DNA of 64,000 nucleotides, from contig OZ116701.1 of the NCBI GenBank assembly GCA_964199315.1, positions 4,526,001 through 4,590,000 on the forward strand. The letters run 5' to 3'. Under the pieces are notes generated by a model. It was not told where the DNA came from. It made no database searches and saw only the letters and a program-made list of their open reading frames with translations. Shown in pieces: positions 10,405 to 24,399 of this stretch; position 1 is the first letter of the stretch, and the number at the start of each line of letters is the position of its first letter. A program made the translations under genes and the position numbers. Origin of the DNA: Orbicella franksi (Eukaryota).

Positions 10405-13400
10405 GGTTGTTCGAAACAGTTGGGTTTCCTCTCTTGGTACTTGCGACAGCTTGGACTAAAACTGTTAGTTTTTCAATTTGTGCTTTTCCAATTAATTACC
10501 GTCAAACAGTTGATATATCACCTCTGGTATTTCTACTGTAAATGAGTTCTATTGTTTGCGTTGCAATTGATTCGCTTCGTGATTGGAGGAAGTCGGATTA
10601 GCGCCATTTTCTTTCAGCAATAGCTTGGTGCTTTTCATTAGCTAGGTGCTTGTATTAGTAAGAACAAATCTATTTTTATGGTAATATGCAAACAACCCGA
10701 TAAAGTTATTCTTTCATTTTATTTTCTCTTTAGACCAACTGGATGTTGCGACTTATAGTTGTCTTGAGGCGAGGTCTAACCTATAGATTATAAAACTTTC
10801 ACAAGCAGAGTAACGATCAGTCGGTCAGAATAAAACGAAGATCTAAAACCGACTCTCTTAATTTTCTTGTCATTCTGTGTTTACCTTAAGCTTTCTTTCA
10901 ATTTGAATATAAATAGCGCTTCCTCTGGGTATTGCTTTTAAATATCAGAAAGATATTTTTATTCAAAAAATGCGACAGCTTTTAGACGGTGTCTTTGTGC
11001 GAAGAGTAATGACCGTCTGCCTTTTGTCTCTTCCACTCGCATTATTTCGCTGCTGACGGCAGACCTTTACTCCCTTCCACTTGTCTTTCAATATATAGTA
11101 AATGAACTTCACTTAGTTGCTGTCACTTAGGCTTTGTTTAATTTCCGTTCAATAGTGAACACGACCTACTTCAGCTTCAACTTCACTCGGAGATCACGCG
11201 CCATGTCACAAGAGCAACATTGAAGGAAAACAAAGGACTTACAGCCATATTAAAATCTTGTCCATGGCGTTATGTTTTCGGATAGTTTTTATCCCTTGAT
11301 GTATTCTTTGGCGCTGACAGCAAAAATTGAGGATAGCAATTCAATTCGTTCGGGTAAAAACACTATGCACACCTCACGCAATGTTAGTTGTTTGTTTGTT
11401 TGTTTTTTTCCACGATGTTTGAAGTTTTAAGTCCCTCCCTTGTGCCGTGAACAACGTGTCTTACACGCGTTAAAAATAGTGCAGCGGCTTGAAGTTACAA
11501 TCTTTATTGCATTATTTTTGAAGAGTGAAGACCTACGACGATACAAGTTTTCATCTAGACGAATAAAATCTATAAATACTCTTTTTAGAATACTTTCTAT
11601 ACTAATACTAGTTTGCTTGAAGATAGGACGTGACTACAATACTAATGTACTTCTGTCTACAAGATTAACTGAAAGAGAAAGTTGCTTTTATCGTAAAACG
11701 CGCGCTCCGCTGAATGCCATTGCTAGAAAAAGTCCATAACTCATAACAGCTTGTCTATGTTATAGTCGCCGGTATTGTCCAATATTACAGTATAGATTAG
11801 AGAGTTTTCAATTATCTCTTGCATTATTTTGTTGATTTTACCGTTGCTCAACCGTGTTTTACAAAGCTCTTTTAAACAAGCCATTCAGTTTTAGGAGATA
11901 AGAAAAGCATTGACAACAATACCTTTTTATACCAAATAACTGCATTAAATCGGCTGGACTACATTTTCGAGATCCTGAGCTGATTCATCTGTATTAGTTA
12001 ATGCGAATTTATGATTATTACTTTATGCTATTTTATTATATATTCATCTATTTACCAATATTTATGTTAACCCTTTAACGTGCCGACTCAAGTAGTCAAT
12101 GTTTAGTTCCTCCTTACTGTTTCAAGATGTTATCAGGTAGGCAGGTGATGAGATAAATTCATTAACTGATGTCTTGGTGTAGTCACCAAATTCTCCCAAC
12201 ACGGTCATTGAAAGAAATAATTGGCAATCAGAGGGAGAAATGAAGTTCTGATCTCATGACTACAAGAGTTAACACGTGAACCTAAGAGACTCGAACATTT
12301 ACCTTGAAATAGAATATTTCCCAGGGATTTTACACTACACTGTATACTGAATTACCTTCATCAGTAGATTACATCATGAATTTACTCCAAGGCGAATGCC
12401 CGGGTTCATTTCACGGTTTATATTTATTAAAATAAAGAAACGACAGAATGTCGCCAAAAAAATATTTCACAAAACTAAATATATTACAAAGCCTTTTTAA
12501 AGTCATTTATGGTGTCACGAATTATTTTCACTACTGTTAATTTTACCCAACGGCAAAAGAAAAAAACTACATCTACGCTAATTACCTATCAAGCTACAAG
12601 ATCTTACAGAAGCAGGTGTCTGGTCGGCCTGTCCATAGCTCTCTAAGACAGGCAGCTTACAATGTCTTGGACCGGCCTGTCTATAGCTCGGCCTAATCAA
12701 CTATTTCTAAGACAGGCACGCTAACTACCACGGTGCTATTTACTATTCTAGTTGAGTAAGAAAATAGTTTTATGGTACAAGCTCGCATTTTTGTCCAATT
12801 AACGTTTCGGGTTATTTACATGCACTTTACTGTTCGTTCCATAAAGGCTTTTTTACATGTTGGCTTCGTAAAACATAAGAAAAGATTTAATTTTGTATAA
12901 TTAAATGGCAAAAAATGAAATCAGCCACTGCAATTTGTATGTACATCTCAAAAAAGACTACCACTAATGCTCTCTTTCCATAGCATTTTCTACTCCCATC
13001 AGTCAGGTACTTCAGCTGACATATTACGGGTAGGAGGGTCGTTATTCTTACTACAACGTCTTGAAAGCCTTGAATATTTAACGCGGTCTACCGTGCATTC
13101 TGAAGACCATCACTGAACAGGGTATAGCTAATCATATCATCTCTATTCCTATGATTTCATTTCTTTGCCACATAAGACTGAAGTAAAAAAAGCTTAAAAA
13201 TTATAATACAATGTTGTAGAAATATATCTCTAAGAAGCATTATGAAGAAGGTACTTGAGTACTTCATATGGGAAAGAATGATATTTACATGTTCTACAAT
13301 TCGTACTATCTTTAGGCAGCTTGGCTGATGGAACTGGATCGGAGCTCGAGTGAAAGGCAAATTCAGAAGTCGCTCTGATACACTCGAGTGTATATTGTTT

Positions 13401-13638
13401 TAGTCATATTTTAGCGTATAAGACTCCTAACTTACAGCACTGACAAGTCTTCAGTCTACAATGCCATGCTGTTTCAGCGTTAGCTATTCATGTTACTTAC
13501 GTCACTAGAGGGTAACATCAAAAATAACATTCGTGTTTCTAATAGCATCTATTCTATTAATTTTTATCCAGTCTTACTGGGTACCTCAACTACTGCATCT
13601 TCGTATCTCAATTTCATATCGTCTGGATAGAACTAACT

Positions 13639-16600
13639 TCAAGCTTTTTCGTCAGCCTCACTTTTTGGAGAACCGCGGGGAGAGAGGGCCGGTGGGCTGC
13701 GGTTATTTCTTGGTAGGACCCGGTCCCCGGAAAGGACTCGTCCAGGCGTGCTCATGGTCATTAAGGCGGCAGTTGCCGACCGCATACTTTGACTGTACCG
13801 CATGTCTTCAAGGTGGGGTATTTTTGCCAAAGCTGGAATCGTCGACATCGGTAGCGAGTTGTGCTCTGAGATGGACGGTATCAGCGGAGTTGGCAGGTCC
13901 GGGTTTTGCCGCTTTGAGGGATCTTTCAGTACAGGCATGGGAGCAGTTCCCGGATAATAAACACATCCGGGGCATTGGCCACTGGCACACTTGGATGCCG
14001 CATGGTACTCGACAGCGCTTAATGGTATGCTGTGAGGAATTGTGGGAGAGAGAGGTGAGAAAGCCGAATAGCTAGAAGGTGGCGGAGGGCCTGGGAAGAG
14101 GCCGCGTGGTACACTGGCAAGTATTTGCCCTCGGGCGAGGGCTTCCTCATGACTTGGAAGAACGGTCTCTATTGTTTGAATCACATCACCTCCGCACCCC
14201 TTTAATATCAGCTCCAGAACGTTTCGTTTCTGCTCCGGGAAGAGCCGTATTAAGATGTTCATGTACCTTGAATGGTCCGAAGTTGACATCACTTTGCCGT
14301 GTTCGCCATTGTTCAGAGAAACCTTCTCATTTCTTTGCCGTTTTGTGTCTGGTGACATTCTAGGCCGTCGCTCGTCCTCTTCTTCGTCTCGTTCACGTTT
14401 CCACCTATTGGGCAAAGCTTCACCGCTGTTTTCCATTTGAAATTCTGAAAAGAAAAATGATGATTATTTGAGAGCTATTATCAGAAACTACTGGCGAAGA
14501 CACAACGAAATATTCTCGGCTATTACCAATAATCGAATCAATTTTAACAAATGGCCATATTTGCGAAATATAGTTTATATCATCCTCTCAAAATATCCAA
14601 CATTTCTGAAACGTTACACGCCAAGGTTTAACTTAAAACAAGACGTTTTATCTGTTGCTTAAAACTGACCACCCTTGAAGTTGTCAGGTTGCTCGGAGAT
14701 TGAACGTAGTTTGTCTCTGAACATGGCATGGGTTGGCAAAATAAAGCTAAATTGAGCAGAAAAGCGTCGAACGTTCTTCCTTCAAACGATTGTGATAAAT
14801 GATGGTAATAAAAAATACAGCCTACAAGATTTCCAATCTACTTGTTAAATTAAAGCAAGCAAAAGCTTGAACTAAGCCATCCATTTGAATTCTAATCTTT
14901 TACCGTCTGATAAGATCTTCATAATACCGGATAAAAAAAATATCCAAAACTAGACTACAATGACCAATGACTCATTCACATACAGAGTAATATCGGACTA
15001 CAGAAAGATTACCTTCAGTGCACTAAGATTGGCTCTTTTTGGTTTCGTGCAAGTCTGCGGAGGGCGCTTTTGCTTTCGTGACTGAACGCGATCCGATGTT
15101 AAATGACGATTAAGTTTCCTTTTTAATATATGCAAATGACCAGTATAGGCTTACAAGAAAAGGCTAAATCCACGGTCCCATTATTTATGTTTTAAATGTC
15201 TTTGAGAACTAAGATGGAACAGTTTGAGATCTATTAATTTTCTCTCAAGTTTAAACTCTCTTGCGGTCCATCTCCATTTTGAGCCAGCTTGACACAGAAT
15301 ACAATTTCCAAAAAAATAATTTGTCTAAATCCTTTGGGAAATAACTCAAACTCTTACAGATTACAATTTTGGCCTATTCTAGATGCTAGCATTTAATTTC
15401 AAGAAGTTAGATAGAACCTGGTTTTTCTCCTTACTTGCTTCACCCATGCAACCAACCAACTAAACAAAAGGTAGCTTTAAATTACCTGCCTTGACGTGTG
15501 GCAAGATTCTGTTTAAGTCTTTTGTAAGCACTGTTGGGGTAAATGCTCAGCTAGAACTTCCTGATTCTAAAGACATTTTGTCAGAATGCGCGGTGAAAGT
15601 AGGCAGTATTTTGGAGACCACTGGCAGCGTTTACAAAAAGGCGGTCTACAATAAACAATGCAAAAACTGAACATTTTTTTCATTAGGATTGACACACTGC
15701 AAGCGGTGTTTTTCTGCCATTGATTCAAAAAGCCTGTCAATTTAAAACACTTCCCTTTGGTTTAGAGACGAAAAGAAATCAGTGCAAGTTCGATAAAACC
15801 CAGCGGAAAAAAAAAAAAGAGATTTAAACAGTCGAGTTAATGTAATAACCAACAAAAATGGTGCAAAGAGGGGAAATCGGTTATTAACTTAATGGTTGAA
15901 AAAGGATAATTTTCATATGAATTATAAAATTGGAACTTGTTCCAAAGTCCAAACTTATAACTGGCAGTCATTCGTCCATAGCTTAACACTCAAATGGTTT
16001 TCTATGGCTTAAACATCAACCAGCTTTAAACTAGTAGCCTTATTGAGGTAATGAGGTAATTAGCGATAAAATTGATAAAGAAATCGCAGCTGGCCTTAAG
16101 GCCAAGAAGCAACTATAAGCTCTATGGTTCAGCCTCCGCATGAATGAATGCTTTCACTAAATCAACGACTGAGTTCACCGCAAAGCCTGATGCAGGCTAA
16201 GTTGTTTTTCTTTTGAAGGAATATCGTATGCAAAAATAAGGTTCATTTTCCGCACGACAGAGCAAATACTCGAATGGAACATACCGTATTCCCTGACGAC
16301 CGCTTACAGGTAACCAAGCTCAATATGCTGACCCACTGTTTTGAGGAAATTGGAAGTGATAGCAATAGAAATTAAAACGTAAACCAAAGAATTTCTTCCC
16401 TCAAATTTCTACCGCATATAGTTTGACCTTTATCCTTTTGTAGTCGAGATTATCTAAAATTTTGCTCAATGTCGCTTTGTCTTTTGCCTTGTGGTCAGTA
16501 CGAGTGCAGATGTACCGTGCTAAACGTCAACAACATTCCGTTCTACATAATAACAATAATAATAAAAATACATTAAAGCGTTCTCTGGTTAACATATTTA

Positions 16601-19600
16601 AAAACTATAATGATAATAATAATAACTACAACAACAATTTTCTGTAAAATAATTCGCTTTCTAATTTTTAACAGTCAGCTTCGAACAACTTTGGCACAGT
16701 TACTGAACATTATTCTGTTGGCTTCCAGACAAACTTCATATAGTCTCATAAAATCAATATCATGTGTCCTTATTGAGAAAACATCGCACAATCTTTAATA
16801 ACAATATATTAGTCGACCATTTTGTTTTTCACCCTGGGTTCAAATCTTCACTACAGGCAACATCTTGCTATAATTACTTCAGTTTAACTTCTCGACAATA
16901 AGAACTTATAAATGGATACAGACCTTTAAAATATCAGTTGTACTCCCGCCAAGTATATGGCTCAAACCGAGGAAACCCTTCGAAATAACCAGATTAAGCT
17001 GTTGATTTTCCATTTCGCCTTATGTCAGTTATTTTGACATTTTATTGTTAACTCTCTATGGAAAACGGCGACGAGGTGTATTAAAATCAAAACTATTTAA
17101 CAATTCACACTCACCAACGGTGAAATAAACGGTTTTGTGGCTGTTACAGGACGGCTCCTTGTCTTAAAATGATGTCTCGATCCAGCTTAATGAGGCCGAT
17201 CGAGCAGAGCGGTGACTGCTCCAGTCTGGCAGAGCAAGTTCAACTCGGTACCAGATAAACTTGATAACAATCATGAAATACCACGATCTCTGCGAGTGTT
17301 TTTTTCTTTTTTTTTTTTTTACACTTTAATGCAATAACTCAGTAGGACCATTCTCACCACCGGCAATTGTTTTCAAGTAAACATGATGCCCTTGAAATTT
17401 TCGGCCCCGTGATTGGCTCCGCAGAAGCATCTGCATGTAACGGCATTAATTTCTTATAATTGTAAATAAAGAACAACGTGGCTTCACTGTCCGTTTCTCT
17501 GTCGGCTTCACTGAGTCTCAGTCGCGGTTAAACTTTTTTGTGGGCTTCAGCTGTCTCGCGATTAAAGGTCAAAGTGAGGTTTAGATCACATGTGCCTGTC
17601 ATAAATTGAAACTTTCCGAGAGGTTCGTTAACCAGCTATAAAGAAACTTTAGGAACGTGTTTTAAATAAGACACTTGCAGCACGTGTTGGAAACAAGGCC
17701 GTTTGCACAGTGTATTGTTAAAAGTTTAACAATTTTTCAGTTTGACTCTTAAATATAGATCGAAGATTAAAGATGTTTTCCTTTTTGCAGCTTTCCCCCA
17801 GTTACATTTAAAAGACAGTCTATGTCAAAATGTATCTTGGAATCCTGTTTTTGATATGATATAAATCTTACAAACAAAATACCTCTAAATTCCTACCGGT
17901 AAAAAATGTGATGTGAACTTTAATTCACGTTAAAATCTTTAAGAGATTGATAAAAATGGAGAGTGCAACTGAAGATGTATCTTTTAGAAAAAATGATCAA
18001 TGGCTGATTGAATAGCATAAAGCAGGCTTCTAACTGAACTTATTCACAGAGCAACAGCCAAAAATAGATTAAGTACCTGAAGCTGCTTAGAAAATAAACA
18101 CAAAACTTCCCACGGTTTATAAATAAAACCATAAAAGACTGTGAAATAAAAACATCGCGGTTGAGACATAAACACAGGTTTCTATTTTCAGGGGATCAGA
18201 GTATAAACATGCAACACTTCTTAACCCATAATGCACTTCACTGAACGTTACCAGTTGTTTCTGTTAGTCTTCAAAATGTGGCACGTGTTTTTGGTTTGCA
18301 GTTTTTGAAACGTTTTACCAGAAATACGCACAGGTATTTTAAACTAAGTACTTCCATAGATGCAGACAAACGAATCTTTCTTATCGATGTCCTTCTGAAA
18401 TCAGAACTACTTATCCAAGAAAGGAGATAAATTTACATATTATATAGCCGCAAGAACCATAAATGCAAATGTCTATGTCGATACAGTGTTTTATTTTATA
18501 GACAAACAGTTCTCAAATTTGTGATTACCTCGCTCAGTGTGTCACTCGAACGTCTTGGGAAAAAAAAAATCAGTGTTTTCGTATTATTTTTAAGATATTA
18601 GTCCAGATAAAATCTCAACTTCATTTACCGCAGTACTTTGACTACTATGTTTGTGTATACATCACTCGCTCTTTTCAAAATACATCGGTTATTAATAAAC
18701 GCTTTATTAGGACTAAAATTTCTGTCCGTGATTTTTTCATCTTTACTAGTTGTACTCTATCTGTTCACATAAGTTAACTGAGGAATATTGATGTGAGCGC
18801 TTCGACAAAAAGCAAAAATTAAGTTGGAACTTTCCAATTTTTAACAAGCTACAGTTAGATTTGAACAAATATGTTCATATAAAAAGATGATTGCTTTCCT
18901 TCTCCAACAAAATCAATCAAAAGTAACACCAGTGCATTTTGTTAAAATTTTCTCGATTTCTAACTGTGTGCCTAGTTTTTGTGCTGACTGAGTTTGAATA
19001 CTAAATTTCGGCTATGCTCAGACAGGCAATTTTTTCAAACTCCAACACTTTTGCTCATATGAGGATACTTGATTGGAAATGTTTTGTTTACACATGCTTT
19101 CTATTTACAAATAAACAAATAGAGAGCAACTGCTTTAGACGACTAAGTATGGTGACAGTTTAACTATCTTAAAATCAATTACAGCCCGAAGGCTGACGAA
19201 TGTTCGTACTATTCTTGCGTTACTAAGACGGCGATAAGCTTTCTTAGAAATTAACTCAACTGACCATCCAAAGTGTACTATTTTTTGTGAATGTGAACTG
19301 TAGTTTTTCAGCCATTCATAAACGCAGCACTGATCGATAGAAGCACGGAAATAAACCAATGTACATTGTATAGATTATAGACTTCCGCATGAGACTCATG
19401 GCTCAAATCAGCCTAGAACAGTTCAACATGTTATTATAACTTAGCCGCAGGCATATTGAAGCTAACCTCCCATTAACGCTTTAAACAAAGCCAGGGCAAG
19501 CCAAGACTTCACTAGTGCCGTTTTCGTGCCGAATGTGCGCGCGTACAAACCCCGGAGCCAATCAAAAGATTGCAAGAGCATTAAGCATTCCAAATGTTTT

Positions 19601-20255
19601 CCACCCAGTTGGAAACTTGGGCCTGACTTAAATTCCATTCGAAAAGAACGATTTTTCCTATTTGGGACGTGAAGGAAAAGGCGGCTAAAATAATAAGCAG
19701 TTTATCAAGCTTACCTTCGTTTGCACTACTTGTAGGAGATTCAAACTCATTGCTGACTTCGTCGTTTGGCGAACTTGATCGCGAAGATAAACTTGCGCTT
19801 CTCTGAGTGATTTGACCTTCTCGCGGAGATGTTGGCGAAGGAGGGATTATTCTTGATGCCTTGTGCATATTTGGATTAAAACACAACTGCATCGAACCAT
19901 AAGAAAGATGGCTCGCCGCCTCGTCGCTTTCTTGCTGTCTTCTAAGCGCCACTTGCGCGGCCATTACTCTTTGTCTCTCGGCTATAAGATTGCAATCAGA
20001 GCATGCACAATCTCGCCATTTGCAAAATCGTTTGTGTCCTTTGAGAATAGAGATGACGCCGTGGTTTCTGCAACGAGCGCACTTTGGTGAACGTTGTGTT
20101 ATGGACCCCATTGGAGGCATCGGCGATGACTTGATTTCAGTTGAAGAGGGCTGCAATAAAAATAACATTACGTTAGCTTACCCAGTTAAATTCCGAGTCA
20201 ATCTCACCGTACTAGTGGGTCGAGTTGAAGCGACCTCGAGGACTTCAGCGGACAT
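13639..20255 (-). CDS. DMRT: DMRT-family transcription factor, DMRTA-like (DM + DMA domains); 3 exons, 429 aa
   Basis: Exon 1 20255-20208 ([16 protein letters not shown], donor |GTGAG), then a 57-nt intron. Exon 2 20150-19715 (canonical DM domain [54 protein letters not shown], donor G|GTAAG). Exon 3 14444-13639 (acceptor TTTTTCTTTTCAG|AA; DMA domain at about 14268-14149, then SAFSPL). Phases 0 and 1 are consistent; 1290 nt. Exon 1 is less certain than exons 2-3. Confidence 0.92.
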
Positions 20256-23200
20256 TTATTTTACCACAAGTAAAGTTTTAAAGAGCCTCTTTAGTTTGCA
20301 TGTCTAGAATCAAACACAAAAGCTTCAGAGGAGTTCGGATAATTTAACGCAAAATGTGCATTGTGATTGATTGCGAAACTTGTCAGACAATTTCCATCTA
20401 CCTTGGCCCGTTGCTGTGAAGTCCGTGAGCCAAAATTACTGTTAAGCGTTAGAGAAAGCTTTTCAAACCAAGGAAAACTAGCTAGAGGCAGAACTACAGC
20501 AGAGGTGTCAATTGCTATACATCAAAGACACTTTTTAAGTGAGACAACAAACTGAGCTATTTCGGTTCGAGTGGCTGACTAAATTTAGCAATCTCAATAG
20601 AATATATTAAGCTGAATTGGCGAGAAATTTGCCTATTATTGTTCACGGGCACCGTCCGTAACATATTTGTGACAAAAATGTCTGGGCTTAATTTAATAGT
20701 TGAAGTATTAAAATAGAAACTTCTGGAGTAACTTATCAAGGGTGATTACGTCGCTAACGTGAAAACGTAATTTAATCTTGACTCTTGACGGAAATTTCTG
20801 GTAATACAATGAACGTGACAGTCTAGGCTTTCTTTTCAAATCAGCATATCATTTCTTTAAGCTGAGATATTTTTTGAAAACAAAAGAAAATGAAATTATT
20901 CAACGAGCAAAAAAAAAAAGTAAGAACGATCTTTCCCAGTTAAGATTTACAAAGCCTGGGCTCTATATTAAATGTTACAACTCTTAGTGATTTACAATTA
21001 CTTATTAATAAAGAAAATGACAGATAAGAATTACTTTATCAGAAAGGAAACTATATGTACAAAGTCAGAACACAAAATAGAAAAATCCTGTTTAGATTTC
21101 CTACTTCCGTTGGCAATCTTTGTTTTAGCTTCGTTTGATAAGGAAAGACAAACGTTTAGAAGAAACTTGCCTCTTTAAAACAACACCAAAGACTGTGATA
21201 CACAGAGGAGCACTCGAGCAGAACAACAAAATAGCAGAATTTTACACAATAAATCAAATCTACAGAAACAAAATACACTTAACCAAATCCACCGGGTAGA
21301 AATCTACTTACTTTAGCGTCACTGAGGTTTACAGCTTTCGTCGTTATGTTTTACCAAAAGATTAATCTACTAACTGTTACTAATCACTATTCTATACCGA
21401 CGTCAGAGGTCAAGGTTGTAGGTATCTTTTCTAGCACATTCCTCAGCCTAAACAAACAGGTTTACTGCTCGGTGTTGTCATGGCAATACAAATAACCTGT
21501 CAAGGTACAAGTGAAACAATTCGCCAAAAGAAAGTCGCGATTTTTTATAGGCGGATTAGCACAATCTGTTATATTATCTAACTCCAAAGCTATGTTAAAC
21601 TCATGGTCATGTAAATCAAAACAAGGGGCGGTGCGTTTTCTCCAGAAGGAAACAATTTAAAAGTTACGTATTGTGTTTTGTAATACGTTTTAACGCTTCA
21701 GCGAAACCAGCAAAAAAGGTGGCATAAGAAATATTTCATTCTGTTGTAGAGAACCTAGGTTTAATTGATCATTAGCCTGAATGCCGAGCGAAAAAAAACA
21801 CTAAGAAAAAAAAAAAATTACAAACTGGTTAATCTCGAGAATTCAGTTTCCTTTCACAACATGGTTTACCTGGGTTTGCTCAAGTTATTCGAAACAATTT
21901 TTTTACCGCGGCGAAATAATACAAAATTTATAAGCCCGTGAAGTGTAAATAATACTTCAACAAAGGTCAACAGGTAAACGACAAAGGAACGTTATAAATG
22001 AATATCTTATATAAACCTCTTGTAGCTCTGCGGGACATAGAAAGGTATTGATAACTTAGTTTACCTTCATAAAGTTTTGAAACATTTCCACGTGGCCCCC
22101 CTGAAGAGTTCGAATAACAATGAACGGTTTGTTGTTTTACAGACCGAAAAACGTTATTAACTTCGTCAATGATATTCAGGAAAACTCTATGATTACCCCG
22201 TCGTATTTTTGTTGGATCCATTGTATCAAGAAAAAAGCCAGCTGCATTACTAGTATCGAAGAACGTTTTAAATAGAAAACGTTTTTAACTTGAAACAGAA
22301 ATTAACACAAGAAAACAGTCTGTCTGTACGTGGTGTATTTCCAATTGAGCTTTATGTTTCAGAAAACAATCTTTTATGTCTTTCATGTCTTTTTAAAAGC
22401 TGTCACTAATGTCATGACATGTCTGTCATAGCTATTTAGCTAAAGTCAAAACTCCAAACTCCAAATGCCTTGGCAATGAGGCCGGCAGAGTTTCCTCAAT
22501 GATAGGTATTTCGCAATCGCACCTTTACGGGCCTCAACACAGTTGTTCTCTGTGAGTCCGTGCGTCATTTGGACCCTGAACAAATGGATCAACACAGCGT
22601 GAACTAAATGCGAACTGATTAACTTGATTGGGATCACATCGCCATCATTATTCAAGTTCAAGAGATTCTTTGTCCTTCTTGAAGTTATCCAACGCCACAA
22701 AAACCTCCTATCGCTCTGTAACTAAGTGATGACCTTTCTTTGGTGCGACCACATGACGGGTGATTATCTAGCGTGTATAATTTTAGCATCTCAGTCTAAA
22801 CTTGTATCCTCTATTCAGTATTGTGGTATCACACACTATACAGAATCTAAATTTAACCGTTTAGTTATAGTTCGTTTCTCGTGGGAGCTGTGTGCGGTAG
22901 CTGAACATTGCTCTTCCTACGTCACTGCACGGCTTGAGATTGTTTAAACTCCATCTTCAATGGAGGCCGCCTAACAACAGCAAGGCTTCTAGTCTTAGTT
23001 AAAATATTTATATTGAGACGTAAGACACGGCGTTGCCGTGAATTCAATAGCTAGTTTCGTTTGTTAATTTAAGGCTTATCCTTGCTTGAGTGTATTTACT
23101 CTGTTCTAGGACCGGGTGTCTGATAAGTTAAGATTATTGACCAGTTGTGTTGATAAGGCACAACTCAGTCAAAGAATCCACTTGTACGACCACCACCGCA

Positions 23201-24399
23201 GTGTTACAAAGGGAGGCTACAACAGCATTTCTTCGCATTGTCATCTCAACTATTCAGCCGTATTGTATGAATTCATTGCTATTTATAGCTACAGTTGTTG
23301 CCGAATTGAAAACTCCAGAAACTTGAAGGAATGACGGGGTAATTTGTTCGGAAAATCGGATGAGATTCGGATTAAGTGTCTGAAAAACAAATTATCAAGC
23401 TCTTTCCGTTTCCGCTTCTTTTTTTTTTTCTTGCTTAAAATATAACTGCTTAACTACCACTGCACAAACATTTTTCTAACCCGCCTTTGGCCCTTACTCC
23501 TCGACTAAATTTGATCAATTGACAAATAGACTTTAGGCGTTTAATTTCAGAGATTATCGTGATCTATTTTAGGATTGCAATAAACTCGCTCAGGTCAAGC
23601 CCAAATGTGAAGACATTGGCTGTCACCATGTTATAGACAGACTGTCGTAGTGAGAATCATTGCTCAACAAAGCTACAAAAATGATCGATCTATAACATCT
23701 GAACATCTAAAAATCAAGAAGTGGCATCTAAACCTGAATAAGGATGGTCTGGACAATCGAAATCTTGTTTTAAATATACTACGTTGTGTCAGCCATGCAG
23801 TAGTCTTTGACTTCTCATCGTTTTACTTTCCAAGTTTGGCTGATTAAATCTCCTGTGAGATCCAATGTTCAATCAAACAGTTTTGTTCACGGCTTTGCAG
23901 TTTATTTAGTTTGTTTTCAATCTATAAATATTGCAGTTACATTTCTATGGTTTAAAGCAATCTATAACAACCCGGTCTCACGATTTTTTGCTATTAAGTC
24001 TTCCTAGTTATTTTTCTGCTTTTTTTTTTTTTACCTCCACACGAAAGTAGTTGAAGTTAGCAATCACAACTCCTTGTTAATAAGAAGATACCTTGGTCCT
24101 CTCAGGTCAGTTTAAAGTCCATTCTCTAAGTTTAACAGCCAGGAGTAAATGTAATATTCCAGGAAACATCATGGATAGGAAAAAGATTCTCAAACTCCGT
24201 TCGGTACTTTTATATTATCTTAGTTATGTTGCGACTGACTTAGTTATGTTGCGCACTCGTGTGCGTCTTTTTTACTAAATCAATTCATTTTACACCATCC
24301 ACAGTGTTTCTCAGGCTTGCCCAGGATATATACGAATAAATTATGTAAGGGAGGAAACTTAACTACTGAAATAACTAGAGATATCCTGCAATCGACCAG

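Noticed and set aside
13533-14363. Plus-strand ORFs of 180 and 94 aa, and similar ones at 6988-7639, 10278-10545 and 19863-20307
   Set aside because: They are antisense shadows of GC-richer DMRT exons with no recognisable protein features.
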